Shown here: positions 27,912-42,200 of the stretch, one piece after another
Layout of the letters: each line of letters starts with the position of its first letter
How positions within the stretch are numbered: position 1 is the stretch's first letter
Source of the DNA: Camelus ferus
Taxonomy: Eukaryota
Assembly: GCF_009834535.1 (NCBI RefSeq)
Contig: NC_045696.1
Span: 29,080,001 to 29,144,000 of the forward strand
DNA: 64,000 bases
Reading direction: 5' to 3'
Translations under genes and position numbers: made by a program
Notes under the pieces: generated by a model
Seen by the model: only the letters and a program-made list of their open reading frames with translations
Databases searched by the model: none
Told to the model about the DNA's origin: nothing

Positions 27912-28814
27912 GACCTTGCAATTTAGTAGTAAGGACAGGTACATATGCTCATAATTATTTTTCAAATCAAACTGTGGTTGGTACATTAGGAAACTTAAAG
28001 TACTATAAGGCCACAAAAAAGGAGTGAATTAATTCCATCTGGGATAATGTGTAAGGATTTCAGGGAGTAAGGGACATTTTATCTGAGCTGTGACGATAGG
28101 CAGGAGGTTACTGAGCAGAGATGCAGGGAAGACGGATGAGCTGGCACGAGCCAGGCAGAGACATGATACAAAGGCAGAGCCATAACACAGGGAACAGTAA
28201 GAAGTTCAGGATGACTGGAGGGTTGCATATGCAATGACAAGGAGGAGAGCTGTGGCGTGCAGTGTGACGCGGAGCGGGAAGACCAGGTTGCTGTGTACAC
28301 TGCTTGCCAAAATAAGGAATACTGACGAAATCAGCGCACAACCAGGAGGCACTAATGTGCCGTTTCATCTTGTAGTAACAGGACAGAGCTTCACATTTGC
28401 AAACTTAAGAGGTTTATAATGAGTGCATTATCCTCACAAAAATGAATGGCTAGACTAATAACTTGAAAACAGTAAATGACAAAAATGGTAGTAGAACCGG
28501 AATCCTGACTCTACACTAATTCAAATCTAAAATTGTTGGAAGCTTTCTTAAGTATCAAGTGTTTTATTTTGGATTGTATTTTTTTACCATCCAAATTAAG
28601 TCAAGAAAAGATTGGAATAAATACCAAAATCATTTAAAAGCATAATGCTTTAAAGTTATTCTTTGCCATATTCAGTTGAAGTTTACAAACAATATACTAC
28701 TATCACAACAGAAATATCCAATATTACTAACAAGTACACTAAGAAAAAATAATAAAATTTACTTTTTTAAAAAAAAGAATCCTCAGTTATATAGAAAAAA
28801 AGGTTATTTTTCCC

Positions 28815-29126
28815 AATTTTTTCAGTTTTATTGAGATGTAACTGAGATACAACATTGTGTAAGTTTAAGGTACAACACAATGATTTGACTAACGTATATC
28901 ATGAAATAATTACCACAGTTAGTTTAGTTAACATTCATCATCTCATATAGATCAAAAAAAGAGAAAACGAAAAGACAATTTTCCTGTGTGATGAGAACTC
29001 CTAGGATCCACTCTCTTAATAACGTTCATATATAGCATATGGCAGTGTTAACAATCGTCATCATGCTGTACATTACATCCCTAGTACATGTTTATTTTAT
29101 AACTAGAACTTCGTTTGTACCTTTTG
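28815..29126 (-). mobile_element. L1MA-type 3' end
   Basis: cagttttattgagatgtaactga...gtgatgagaactcctaggatccactctc...catgctgtacattacatccctag. Confidence 0.85.
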
Positions 29127-31638
29127 AGAACGGTCATTTTCTTTAGGGCATAGAACTCAGTATCTAAAATAAGATTGTGAAAATTTCTTCAAACCACTAG
29201 CACATATTTAGTGTGTATATTCTATATTTTAAACATACTAATTTAGAGCTTTATCTTTTAATACACAAAGAATAACCAACATCTTTGGTAACATGATATA
29301 TAAGTACGTTTTATACACAAAAAAATCCAACTACATATTTCCTTTTTACATTTTATGATGGAGTAAAACCAAAATTGCCAAAATGGCATCCCTTAAAGGT
29401 TTTTAAACATTTCAGTTTTTCCATAAAGCCTATATTACACATAGGTTTAAAAAATAATAATAATAAAGCCCCTCAAGCTGGAATTTTGGCCATTTTTGTC
29501 ACACTGAAAAGTCAAGTGAACTACAGATTTGAACCATGGAGATTTCTCCCCTAGTATGAAATAGTCAGTATTATGAAGTCTGCTGTTATACTTTTATGAT
29601 GTGATTCGACCTCTACATAGGTACTTTCATTATCTGACATCAATAATACTCAATTTACAAAACTAGCCCTGGCTGTTTGAAAGTGCTCAGTACGCAGGGA
29701 AGAGTTAGGTATTTCGTGTTGGTTTTTACAGAGGGCCTTGTAGTGACCAGACCTGGTACTTTCCATTTTTCCCTTTGAACAGTTGGGTTGCTGATCCCAC
29801 AAATCATATTTCAGTTGGAAATGAAAGGTGCACTGCAGCCAGCATTTTGTTAGAAATAATGACACACTTTACTACCTGTAAGTGCTGACCGAGTGCTTCT
29901 GCCTTTTCTTCCCAAGGTGACTGTAACACAGATTGATGAAAGATTCTGCAGGACGACAAAGGTTAAAGATGCAGACCCGGAGCTCGAAGCCAGGGCTGAC
30001 ACTGATGGAGTGGAGTGCAATGAGAATGCCCACATTATTGTCCCATCCTCTGATAACCAGCGTAATATGAAAACTGACTACAGAAGAAAGGAACAAATTA
30101 AATCCATTAATCAAGCATATCTCTGCTAAACAGTTGTTCTAAAGAGATGAACAAATGAAAAATTTACTGTTTGTTTTCATGCTCGCAAGGATTGGGGAAG
30201 AAAATTAATTATAAGGTATTGGCCACGCTATTAGTTAAGTTTTTCTTGAGGAAACTATTTATTGCTTTGTCAAAGGACAAATGAACCTCATTAGGGAGAT
30301 TAGTTTCAGTTGCTAGTGTTGCATTAGGACAAACTAATAATCTACACTTCAAAAGATACCCTAAGTAAAATTATGAACATGGGAAATCTATTTTTTACTT
30401 CTTAATTTATGAACTCTTTGCAAATGACCACTCTATTTATTACCTAGCATGGAACCAGAAGGAAATCGGACGCAGCCCCGCTTTTCACCCAAGTGCTTGA
30501 AAGAGAACTATTTCAATGTGGGCTTTGCAAGTTGTTGTGATGATGAACTTACGTATTCAGGGGTTAGAACTTGGCCACGGCATTTTACTCTTATGTTGAA
30601 ACACATCAAGCCGAGCTCCACACCAAAAGCAATTTTTGATAAGCTACTTTGAAATCCTTTTCTTTTCAAAATGTTTTAAGTGCCCTGGACAAATGGCAAG
30701 CTGACGTCCTGTATTCTGAATTTCCTCTTTACTCTGTACAGCTCAGGGTAGGAAAAAGAAAACACTGCTCGGCTATCAATCCTGTCTGGCCGGTGGACTG
30801 AGGCCCCTGAGTCGGCCACAAAGAGTGCTGTTCTATTTCAGTGCTGATTTAATCCCTGGCCTTTCTTGTCCAGGCTGCTAACAAGGGGGCCAATTACTGC
30901 ACCGTGCGAGGGGAGAACTCCACGGCAGACGCCTGTCTTCCAAAACCTGGAGCAAAACCAGACTCGTGCCACCGAGTGTGTAAATCAGCTGTGAAATAAG
31001 AATGACTTTTTTGGATTCCACTGACCTGGGCTGGATTCAGACTGCTGACCCAGAAAGGAAAGCTCCACATATCCCATTACCGATCCTGTGAGGCATTGAA
31101 GACATCCCCATCCAGTTCTGACTTGCTTTTATTTACAGAAGTCTTGCTTTTGTTTATGGGGATGCAAGCCAAATTGACATTTACTTGCTGTTTTTGTTTG
31201 GTTTGTTGGTTTAACTTCTCTAATTTAACAGTAGCTTTAGGGGCATGGCTGTTGAATGAAACAGGTCAAAATGGTATCAAAGGTCACTGCTTCAGCCTCT
31301 AAGCTCTGTTACTGAGGAATGATAGAGGTCGAGTTTTAAAGTATTTTTCTTAATATAAAACTAAAGGTTTTTCTCTGGACAGACCTCATGACTTCAAAAG
31401 AAAGTTTCATCATTTTTTTTTTAAAGATTATATGATTCTAGAACAGTAATTCCCACTGTGTACCCTGCTGGCCTGTGGTAAGTGAAGACCTTTCAGAATT
31501 AGCTAAGGGTTTTATTTTTCCACAATAAATGTGCCATGTTAAGAGGAGGATCCGTGTTATATAGGACTTGAAGTTTACACAATATAGGGGGGTCATTTAC
31601 AGGAAAAAATAACGCAGATTTGCAATTACAAAACCAAA

Positions 31639-32132
31639 TGTCTTAGTTTGGCTTTGAAAAACAGACTCCTGGAGGAGAACATGAATGTGATTAACTTATG
31701 TGGAAGGTGATCCCGTAAGAACAGTCAAGAATTGAGGTGGTGACATCGAGAAAGGAAAGAGCCAGCAAAAGGACACAAATAATAGAGTCACCACCTTGAG
31801 CAAGTGACCTTAACCTTGTTGTGAGTTCTTTGAGAGACATTTTAGATGCACCTCAGAATGTCACAACAAGGGGCAAGGGAACTGGGGTCTACACCATTCC
31901 CATTCCTCACTGAGTGAGGCTTGTTCTGGGGTAGTAATTTCTGGGCATTTCTGGTCTTCCCTATGCTTGTGTATATCCTTGGGCTGTGCACACTCACGCA
32001 GCCAGAGAAAGTCCTAAGGAGAGGAGGGGCAACCATGGAAGAGCACAGGAACTGTCCAGCAGAACCCTAGCTGAGCTCCTAAGTCAGCTTAGGGCAGGGA
32101 CTGCTGGAGGAGGACTGACAGCTCCTTCTACA
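31639..32132 (-). mobile_element. ERVL LTR (LTR16/LTR33-like) nested in an ORSL-like hAT remnant (~31545-32470)
   Basis: tgtcttagtttggc...cctcagaatgtc...gggaactggggt...ctaca with TG...CA ends. The flanks resemble the two halves of one hAT-Tip100 element. Confidence 0.55.
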
Positions 32133-32634
32133 CTGGGTATGAACATGTATATCATTAAATGATAAAATAATTCACAGGAAATCACATGTTTAAAAGGTGA
32201 CAACTATGGTCATCCCAGAGCTGCCCAACAGGTGAGTAGGCATGACAGAGAGGAAGTTAGAGTGAAGTATGATAATGGTCTAAAAGACGGCTGCTAAGCT
32301 ATCTTATCGCTGAAATAGTATAATAATTAATACTAGTAGTAATATAATAATAATAAAATTAAAACCACATGAACATATTGCTAGGATATTTCTCAGTATC
32401 TCAAAAGGGATCAATCAGCATTAACTGAGGGCACCTGAAACTTGGATGTCAATGATTTTTTTGAAAATCTCTTACGGCTGCTGTGATTGAATTTTTCTTA
32501 TGCCCTCCATGTATGTAGTTAGGTTGAGCATCATCTGTCAAAGTATTTCTGAGTAACAACAAAACAACCAAAAGTTGGCAAGATAGCTCAAAGTGTATAT
32601 TTAAAAACAAATATTTGTGCAAATATTTGTGATT

Positions 32635-32857
32635 ATTAATAAACCATGATACTATTTGGGGCTAGATAATTCTCTGTTGGGGTGGCGAGCAGGGATGTGG
32701 TCTTGAGCATTTCAGGATGTTTAGCAGCATCCCTGGCATTTTACCCACTAGATACAGTAGCATATCATCCTCAGTTGAAACAAACAAACAAACAAACATG
32801 TCTCTAGATATTGCCAGATATCCCCACGACCAAATCACTGCCAGTTGAGAACCACTG
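32635..32857 (+). mobile_element. MER20 hAT-Charlie DNA transposon
   Basis: atttggggctagataattct...aggatgtttagcagcatccctggc...tacccactagat...cagttgagaaccactg. Confidence 0.85.
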
Positions 32858-35800
32858 ATTTAGAGGACAGGAAAAGTGCAAACTAGAGATCTGACAAATG
32901 AAAAATGTCTGGGGTCTATTTCAATTTTGTTCCTTTGCCCACACATCTTATATATATCTCTATGCCATTGTATGGATAAAACAATCCTCTAACTCAGTTT
33001 TTAAATGCTCACACAAAAATATCATTTAAACATTGGGTGAATAAGAACACATTCTTAACTACTGAACCATAAAATATTGTTAAAAATTATAAAAAATAAA
33101 GATACTTTAAGGAGCTATCTAGTCATTCCAGATTATTCAGAATTACAGACAAGTAAGAAAAAAATCCTGATTTTAAACAATTCTATGGTAGAAACCAAAT
33201 ATTCTATTAGTTATTTAAATTTTTTCTGTAAAAATGCTGGACTTAGTACAACATTCAGTATCTTACTGGTACAATATAAAATTAAAATATTTCTATATAT
33301 GAAATATTTTGATCTATGATATATGTGTAGAAAATGTTTAACATAAGATATTCACTAATAAAAGTGTCTTATTTTCTTCTTGAAAACCATAAGCATAATG
33401 CAAAGATTCCATTAAATTCAACTATCGTTTAGCAAATAACTTCCACATGCTATGAAACTGCCAAGCTACGTCAAGGTAAGCAAGTATAAACAAGATAAAC
33501 TTTTTGCTCACAGGAATTGACAGTCAAGGAAAGGAACACATATTCATGTATAATTGCAACATAATCACAAACTAAATAAATGTAACAAGTAGTGTCAAAT
33601 AATGCTATTCCTCCCAAATAGTATTCTGTGAATAAGTAATCATAGGAGATATTAAGAAGTATCCAAAAAAAAAGTTCCTTAGTTAAATATGCTGGATGGT
33701 ATATTTCCCCTTCAAGACATACACTCTACTATATAAAAGCCTCTAGAAGGCTTGTCAGAAGAAACATCCATTCAAGCTTGTTTAACCCAAAATTTCATGA
33801 AACAATTTGTGCAGAGAACAATTCTTTCACACGTTCAACATTTGGTGAGCCACCAAATCATAAAAGATGCATTACAGAATTAGTTTTCACTGAAAGATGA
33901 GAACAAGCATAACAGAGAAGGTGCACTTTGAAGCAGGTACTATAAATCGGGGAAATTTTCATATAGAGGAGTGTAGATGGAGTGCACTGCAGGTATGGGA
34001 AATACCAAGGTTAGGAAATGCAGGTCGTATCAGAACATAGCCTGATGGAAGCATAAATGCATGTGGGAGGCTCTTCTAGCAAAGATAAGATCTCATCAGG
34101 GCAGGGCAAGTGCTTCTGAAATTTTAGGCTGAGGTCAGTCAATTTCAGACTGACCTATCTGGGCTTTACTCTGTAGTCCATGTAGAGACAATGATGCTTT
34201 TCTAGTAGAACAACATGAGAAATTAATTAAATTAATTAAAGTAGGAAGCAAGTTATCTGGTCCAAGAGAGAATTAATAGTATCTATTTCAGAACTGTGTC
34301 TTGAGAAATATGATCAAGTACACAATTCCAACCAGAGTCCCTGCTGGCTCCTTCACTTAGCGATAAAGACCACAGTTCTCAGCCTGATATTTAATGTCCT
34401 TCATATATTGGCCCCACTTTGTTTGTCAGTAGCTATCCTTCCCAGTATTATAACACACTCCTCGTTCTTAAAATCTATGCTCCAGCCTAACTGAACTATT
34501 TGCTGTTCAAGTAGCTAGGTCTACAAATCAGAAAGGAAATTAGGAATAGAGACGCAGATAGGGAAGTAATCAACAAGAGATATAAATCAGTGAAATAAGT
34601 CTTTCTAAAAAATTACCTACTAAACACATCTGAATATACAGTGATTCTTGTTCATAGTAATAATATTAGATATTATCCAATTACTGTTATTGCGATAGAC
34701 AAGTTCAGATCCCTGTTATCTCAGTGTGACTAGCATTGTGAATGTGCCTGATCATCTAACTACTACCTGTGTATCTCTGGAAAGAACTTAATTCTTCAAT
34801 CATATCTTCCTCAGTTCTTAAATTGTGGTTATGATAGAACTTACCGCCAGGGTTTCCTTGAGCATTAACATGTTCGGTGCAAGTTTTGGCATATTCTAAG
34901 CATTCAGTGAAAGTAAGGTCTTGTCATCATTATGATATTAATAAGTACTACCTGAGCATTTCTACTTTCATCTGGAAAATTATGCTATTGGATACGTCAA
35001 ATTCCTCAAGGTACTATGACTCTCAGATGATCTATTCCACATGAAAGTGGTTTACACTGTTACGGTGCTAAGTGGAAAATATTAACAGTATTATTAGAGC
35101 AGTTTTTACTTCCATCTATAGTCATTCAATAAATCAAAATGCTTTTCCCTTCCACCCTGATTAGTCAAGATTGTTTGGCATGGAAATTAGATTTCTAATT
35201 CTAGTTTTTGCTAAAGGGTTCTTCTTTATTGGAAAGATGTCAGAGTAACTGTTGAAGGAAAACCTGCAGAAACCAGCGGTCCTCTTTGGGCTTCACTGAG
35301 TATAAACCAGATATTAATCCAACAAAAACTCTCATCATCTTTTTCATCTCATCTCTGCTTTTTACTGTGGGTCACCTTCATTCATTGAGACTTTTCTTGG
35401 GAGACATGAGAGAGGATGGCTCTGAGATTACAGATTACTCCAGGATCCAAGAGAAAAGGGATTTTACCTGCCAACTACACTTGGAAAACTCTAGGTGAGA
35501 GAATTTAACTGTGTTTCATATCACATTTCTATTCTTGTGCCTGTGCATTCATTCAGTAAATATTATATAAAAACCTATCATGGTCCAGGTCATGATCTCA
35601 ATCTAGGTATATAGGTGTGAACAAGACAAACTCTTTCTCTCTTTGTGCATGTTAAATTACAACAGGGGAATCAGAGAGCCAGCAGTTGAAACATTATAAT
35701 AAAATTAATTTAGTTAAGTAGAAGTGCAGTGAAACATAATACAGAATTGTGTGACACAAAGAGGGTGCTTTTAGACAGCCAGAAGGAAGCGAGTACTGTG

Positions 35801-38800
35801 GTAGGACCAATACACTCAAGGTTTTCTTATTTAAAAAAAAAGGTCAGGAACATAAAGTCAGAGTGAGGAAGAAACAATTCTTTCAAAGGAAAGGGATGCA
35901 GTTATCTCCCAGTTTCCTATCCCCAAAGACATGCTAATTAAACGAAACAAAGATATCCATTAATTCACCTTCTTCTGTTTTTTTGCTACTCTATGTGATT
36001 TTAAGCTTTGAAAAGAGTGATAAAAACCAAGGGTCGTGTTATAGATGACCTCTTAGCCAACTTAACTACGGATTACGTTTATGGAATATGCTAGTTAGTA
36101 TTTGGTCACTTAGTCATTTACAGAACAACCCTAACTCTTCCAAGCCTCTTAGGAAGAAATAAACTGTTAGGCAATCATGCCGAGAAATCACTGAAAATTG
36201 TGAAAAAAGTACATTTCCTAAAAAACCATGAAAAATCATTATATGATAATGTATCTGTTGGACTGGATCTATTGAACAACTAAAGATTTAAAAATTGATC
36301 CTTGACATAGTGGTTGAAAGAATAAACAAATATAATAACCAAGCCGTATTCAAATTTGGGTATTACCAGTTATTTTGTACACATGTTGGGGGGATGCTAA
36401 TAAACTAATTTTCTACTTTAATTTTTACTTTCCATGTGTTTTGTTTTTCTGATGATAAAGGTGCAAAAATCTGAAGATGATAAGAAGTGTATAAAGAGAG
36501 AAGTTAATCATTTCCTCCTCTGTGCTCTGTTCCCTGTATACAATCTTACTAAACACTTCTTATACATTATTTTAATGTATTTGTTTACAATTTTGTCTCT
36601 CCTATGGGCCTGGATGTTGGTGTTACTTATAATTCACTTTTTATCTTTACTTCTAAATGTAGTGTCTGACATATCATCATGGCATAATTAATATCTATTA
36701 AATAAATTAATGAATTCATTCAACAATATCAACACTAAATGAGTTTTTTCCTTACCATTTGGTAAAATTGAATGATATGAGCATAAATTAGGTAATCGAT
36801 ATGCATTGTTCAAAATCTCCCAAGCAATCAGATGAACAAAAGGCAAATGTAATTTTTTCCAACTTTAAGCAGGTGATCAAGAGAGCAAAAGGAATGCCTT
36901 CAACGCCTCCTATTTCATAGGAGTCTTTTAAAAAGGTTTTCTCTCCTCCATGACTTCAATTAAAACATGTTTTCACCTTAGAAAAACAGAATGGATGATG
37001 CAAACTAATGATTACTCATTTCACTTCTGAGCGTCATGTTGGAAGAGTCATAAAAGTGTTTCCCTTCATCAGGGGTGCAATGTGGCAAATACAGGCACGG
37101 CCATGAAAACTCAGCTCAACCTTTCCAGAAATTTAATTGGATGCCACTGGGCGCTGTCTCTGTGGAGCATTTCCCAGAAGAAAGGGTTTCTTTTCTGTGA
37201 CCTCCAATGTACTGAAAACTATTTGGCTCAATTTCATCTTTTCCAGAAGAACAGATCCAAAGAGAAATTACAAAAGAAATGTAATAGCATTTTTACTCCT
37301 TTCTGCTGGAGGGGTTTGCAATGTGACTGCTTTAAAACTTACTATTTTGCAAAAGCCAATTTTCTTCAAGAGGCTGTTGGCACTCAAATCAGCAGCACAA
37401 TAAACTTGCCAGAGTCAGACTATGTGTTGAATGATGAAAAAAAATCGCTGCAATTTTATAAAGCAGAATGACTTGCCTTGTGATACTATTTATTTATTTT
37501 ACTACATAATACATGTTAGAATGGAGATGAAATGGGTGTTACTGGTTTAAGTTCAATGCTTACTCCACAATCGGCAAACTCAAAAGCAGATACTCTATTA
37601 TACTTTCAGAATAGGCAGCATCGTAAGGACTGACTACTCAGATATCAGAGCCTGACAGCCTGGATGCAGACCTCAGCTCTGTCACTTACAGCTGTGCAAA
37701 ATTATGTTGCTTCTCTGCGCTTCATTTCTTTTCTGTAAAATAAGAATAACGTGTGTATCTATATATAAACGTACATTTACTATGACATATTTCATAATGT
37801 GTATATATATATATGTATATGTGTATATGTATGCTGATTTGTCAACTCCAATTTTATATTCAGCAACTGGTAAATATCTAATGAATTGTTCCACAGAACT
37901 ACTGTAACCACTGGACTTTGACTGTTATTGGACACTGGTGAACTGTATTAGCCCATCTGTTACCCCATCCTCTGTGTAACCCCATTCTAAGAGGAAGGCC
38001 ATGATGACACTTCAGGTATCAATGTCAATTCAGACCCTGCATGCAATCATCTTCCTCAGAATATCTAAACATTTCCCCTTCTGTAGTGAACGATGACCTG
38101 AGCAATGCCCCCTCCGTGGCTGCCACAATTACTAAGCACCTTGTTTATGAACTAGTTATTTGCCTTTTCCTGCTTATTAAAATTTTTTGATTCTTTGTTC
38201 TCCCTCAAGTCCAGGCTCGTGACTACCACTTCTTACCTCTCACTCTATTTCCTTTCTGGACTACAAGCTTGGGTGAATTTCAAGCTTCTAGCTCCTAAAC
38301 TCTCCCCTGTTATGTTACTCCCAACCCATGGTTTAAGTTTCGCAGGCCTGGCTTTCTCACGGACCTCATGATGCTCCCCAGTTCAGGGTTCCAGCCCAAA
38401 TAAGCATTGCCAGCAAGAGCGTATCACATAATAACACAGCTTCAAACTCTCTAAATCCCCTCCTCTACTGCTGAATTAATTACTATTCCTCTGTGGTATC
38501 AGTAAACGCTTATACTTCTTAATTCCCTAAGCCAATTATGGACTACTTTTACGTTTGATTTTATAAAAGACATGGGCCCCTCAGTTCTTGTTTTCTTGTT
38601 ATCGTCCTCTAAATTTATTTTTCATATTACCACCATCATCCACTTTTTCTGCTCTGGTTGCCAAAACAAAAACTGACTGAAAATTCAGAATACTGGGAGG
38701 CATTAGGAAAAATACATGACATTTAATTCTAACTGAATGCTCATTCTGTGCCAGTATTTTAAGCCCTAGACTACTCCACTGGGGACTGTTTCATACCCTT

Positions 38801-39237
38801 ACGATTTTCTGAATCTTTGTAGATGACATAATAGTCACATAACTTACAGATTAGCATTCTGACATCTTCCTTTTGAACTGAATGCTGTACCATAATGAAA
38901 TGTCCCTCCTTGGATGTAGGTATGAGTTAGACTGGGGCTGTACATGGTGCGACTCCTCTGGTAAGGTCTCCTGCTGAATCTCTGTTCCTCAGGCTACTTT
39001 GTTTCTAGGGCTCTAACTGAGATTGTATACATCTTTGTCATCTCATCACTGTAAGACTTCAGGATACTGAGTTTTGCCCTTCAGAGGTTTTTAGCTCACC
39101 TCTATATTTGACCCCATAAACTTCAAAAATTGGTAAATGCCTTGAGGTAAAGAATAAGTATGTGTTTGAAGCTTTTAATATGCCACTTCAACCCCACATG
39201 AAGGCCAAAATGCTTCCTGGTTATCTATTCCTCAGGG

Positions 39238-39267
39238 GTGTGTGTGTGTGTGTGTGCGTGCGTGCGT
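39238..39267. repeat. (GT)n(GCGT)n microsatellite
   Basis: Direct reading. Confidence 0.9.
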
Positions 39268-42200
39268 TTCCTTTGACCAGGACTTTTCCTGGGTTCTCAG
39301 GCTCCTATCTAGCCCGAGAATAAGTGTGCACAGGTGAAAAGGAGCCCCACACCCCAAGGCCAGTTAATCACTTTCTTTAGCGCTTTCTTTTTGGGCCTCT
39401 CTTTTTCTCAAGTTCCTTCCCCCAGGTGGGTGGTGGACCTTTTGCTCCTAAACACCACCAGAGGATGGACCATTTCATTCGCCCTTTCAGATTCAGAAAA
39501 TGTCTAGCCCAGGAAACTAATTGTACATTCAAGGCCTCCAAGACTCCAGTTTTGTCACTTTAGCAACCCATGGCACCACTAACACTTCTGCTCCTTTTCT
39601 CTGTGACCCAGCAGGAGCCCTTGGCCTAGTCCCTGCCTGTATCTGCTGTCCACACGCTGCGCCAGCAGGTGCTTACAGGGAGGAGGGACAGCTGCCAATT
39701 GTCAGCTAGTTATGAGCGATTCTCCCCTCTTTGGAGCTTCCCTTTATTTTAGTCCTCACTGCTTCCACAGCTCTTGGATTCTTTAAAAATCCAGTTTTTG
39801 GAACTTACCTAGATTCCTTTAGTAGTTGTCAGAGGAAGCACGGTCCTGCCAAGACCAACTGCACCTAACTCGAAAGCAAGGTTTGATTATTTTGTTTTAA
39901 TGTTCAATTTGTCCTTCTTGGCCTCTAGTTTTCTTCCCTGGAAGTTGAAATTTCTATCTGATCCTACTTAATACAGTCTCCACCATCTATGAAAAACTAT
40001 TTCTTTCTAGCAAGACTTGCCTTGAGCTTTCCCATTTCACATATAGAATCAGTCATTGTTGATTCCTAAGAACTCTGGTTCTTTTAGTGAAGCATAGCAT
40101 CAGAGCATTAGAGACCAAAATCTTGGCACTGAGGTTGTATTTCAGATTGTTTCATGTAACAACTGAAAAAACACTACCAGAAATCCAATAGCTATTTTTT
40201 TTAAATTCCTTAAAAAGTGATGAGTCCATGTTATTTCTAACTTGATTACCAATATTACTGTATTGGTTTTATGTCCCTCTTCTAATACAATTTGATGTAC
40301 TATATTACATGATAATATACTGTTTAACTTAACATATTATGAATGTCCATTCTTTTTCTTCCTTAAAACTCTTGAATTAACTTTCCAGAGATCAGTCATA
40401 AAATAAAGAAGTCAGTAGACAACCATTGCCCAAATTACTTTAATATCAATTACCCAGAAAACATAAAAAATACTTCTAGCCTTTCTCTAAAAACAAATAA
40501 CACAGAGCAATCAATTCATGAGCCTAGGAGGCATACACTTCAGATAGAGTCACAATTAGTTAAGGGCAAGGAAGAGTGTGACACACACCAAAATAACATT
40601 TTGGCTTTGCTTTTATGTTTTCCTAAAGCTCACTTCCCCTCTGTGACATTACTGTCATTGTTCATAAGTTAACTTCTCTGATCTGAAAGGATACTAGGCA
40701 TGCCTTATCTCCTGGAGAGAGGCAGATGCTTATGGCTCAGACTAGGTCCTAGAGTAAGCTCCCCAAGGGCCAAGGAGACTGGAACACTATCTTCCTAGGT
40801 TTTCACATTTCAAAAGAAAGAGGTACAGACCTGAGAGACATCTCTAGGTCATAAAAGCCAGAGAGAGCAGGCATTTATCTGCTTCTTGGGAAGATGTGTT
40901 TAATTTCCAAAAAGTTAGTGTGAGAATCCAGCATCTTCTTCATCAAAGAAGCAAAATGTTTTCTGCCCTTTGAGAAATGCATACGTGTATATGTATATGC
41001 ACATATGTGTATATGTAAATATTTTTATGCTTATATGTATATAAACTGAGAAAAATCCATTGTTTTTGTCCCTCATCAGTGAAGTGTTTGGCCCTTGTAC
41101 AGTAGAGTTTTCCAGCTGGATTTCATCATGTCACTGCAGGGGTAAGATCTGGAGCAAGGAGGACTGAAGCAGTGGGGTAGTTAATTAGAAATCTGTCTCC
41201 AATTCAGAACATCTCAAGATAAAAAGAATAAATGAAAGCAGCACTTTTAGTAGATAATATATTTTATTTGAGGTTTAAAATTTACATTATATTTGGTACC
41301 CACAGTATCAGAACATGCATAGAGTCATGATGTATGATCTTCTGAACTATATTCCAATGCAACTATTCCCATGCAAGATTTCTCCATTGACCACCACCTA
41401 AACCCTCAGCTCAAAAACTCAACTTTTGAATTTCTAATGTCATTGGATTTATATGTGTGTGTTTGATATATATTACATGTATATAGTACACACATATATA
41501 TTTAATGTGCACAATGTTATCCACTCAGCATCTTAATAATTAAAAAGATCTATTTTATAACATGTTACTCTTTTTTTCCCCAAAGGTTTATGGAAAAATG
41601 TAATGCTATTATGTTATACTTTCCTCCCAGTTCAGATGCCACCAAAATTCTAGCTACAAATTTTCTTTTTTAAATATTTCCCCCTTCATTTTCAGTCAAG
41701 GGAGTCAAATATCCCACATTTCTTTGCCATAAAAAAAATGTTTAGCAGGAAGGGTTTCTGAATGATGCACAGACTTATCATAATTATATCAAATTAAGTA
41801 CAGTATTTATTTTATCTTTACAAAATCAGGGTTAGAATTTTGTTTTTAATATATAACTTTTTAGAGATTACTTTAAAACTACATAATAATCCACTGAAAT
41901 AGTTTAGTTCTGAAAATAGACATTGATAAATTTTATTTTCTCTCATGGTTCAAATTTTCAATTATAAAATTATATTAATCTATTCCAGAAGAGCACGTCA
42001 TATACTAATTTTTGCTATAACAATAAATATTTAGCTCAAATTGATTAGAGGATGATTTTATTTTCTTCAGGTCTCATTTTTTTTTAGTGGTCTTCACAAT
42101 TATGTTAAACACTACAATTCTAGATACAAAAACTGAGACAGTATCTTTAAAGGAAATTATTTTATGTTTCACATCATTGCATAAACAGATATGTCCTTAA

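Noticed and set aside
29893..30129. Plus-strand ORF with acceptor-like site as a coding exon
   Set aside because: No recognisable homology, no partner exons on plus, and it conflicts with the inferred minus-strand gene.
38800..41150. GC-richer stretch as promoter or exon
   Set aside because: Resembles an old antisense L1 5' region and ERV LTR debris. No CpG island or convincing splice pattern, and the family could not be assigned confidently.
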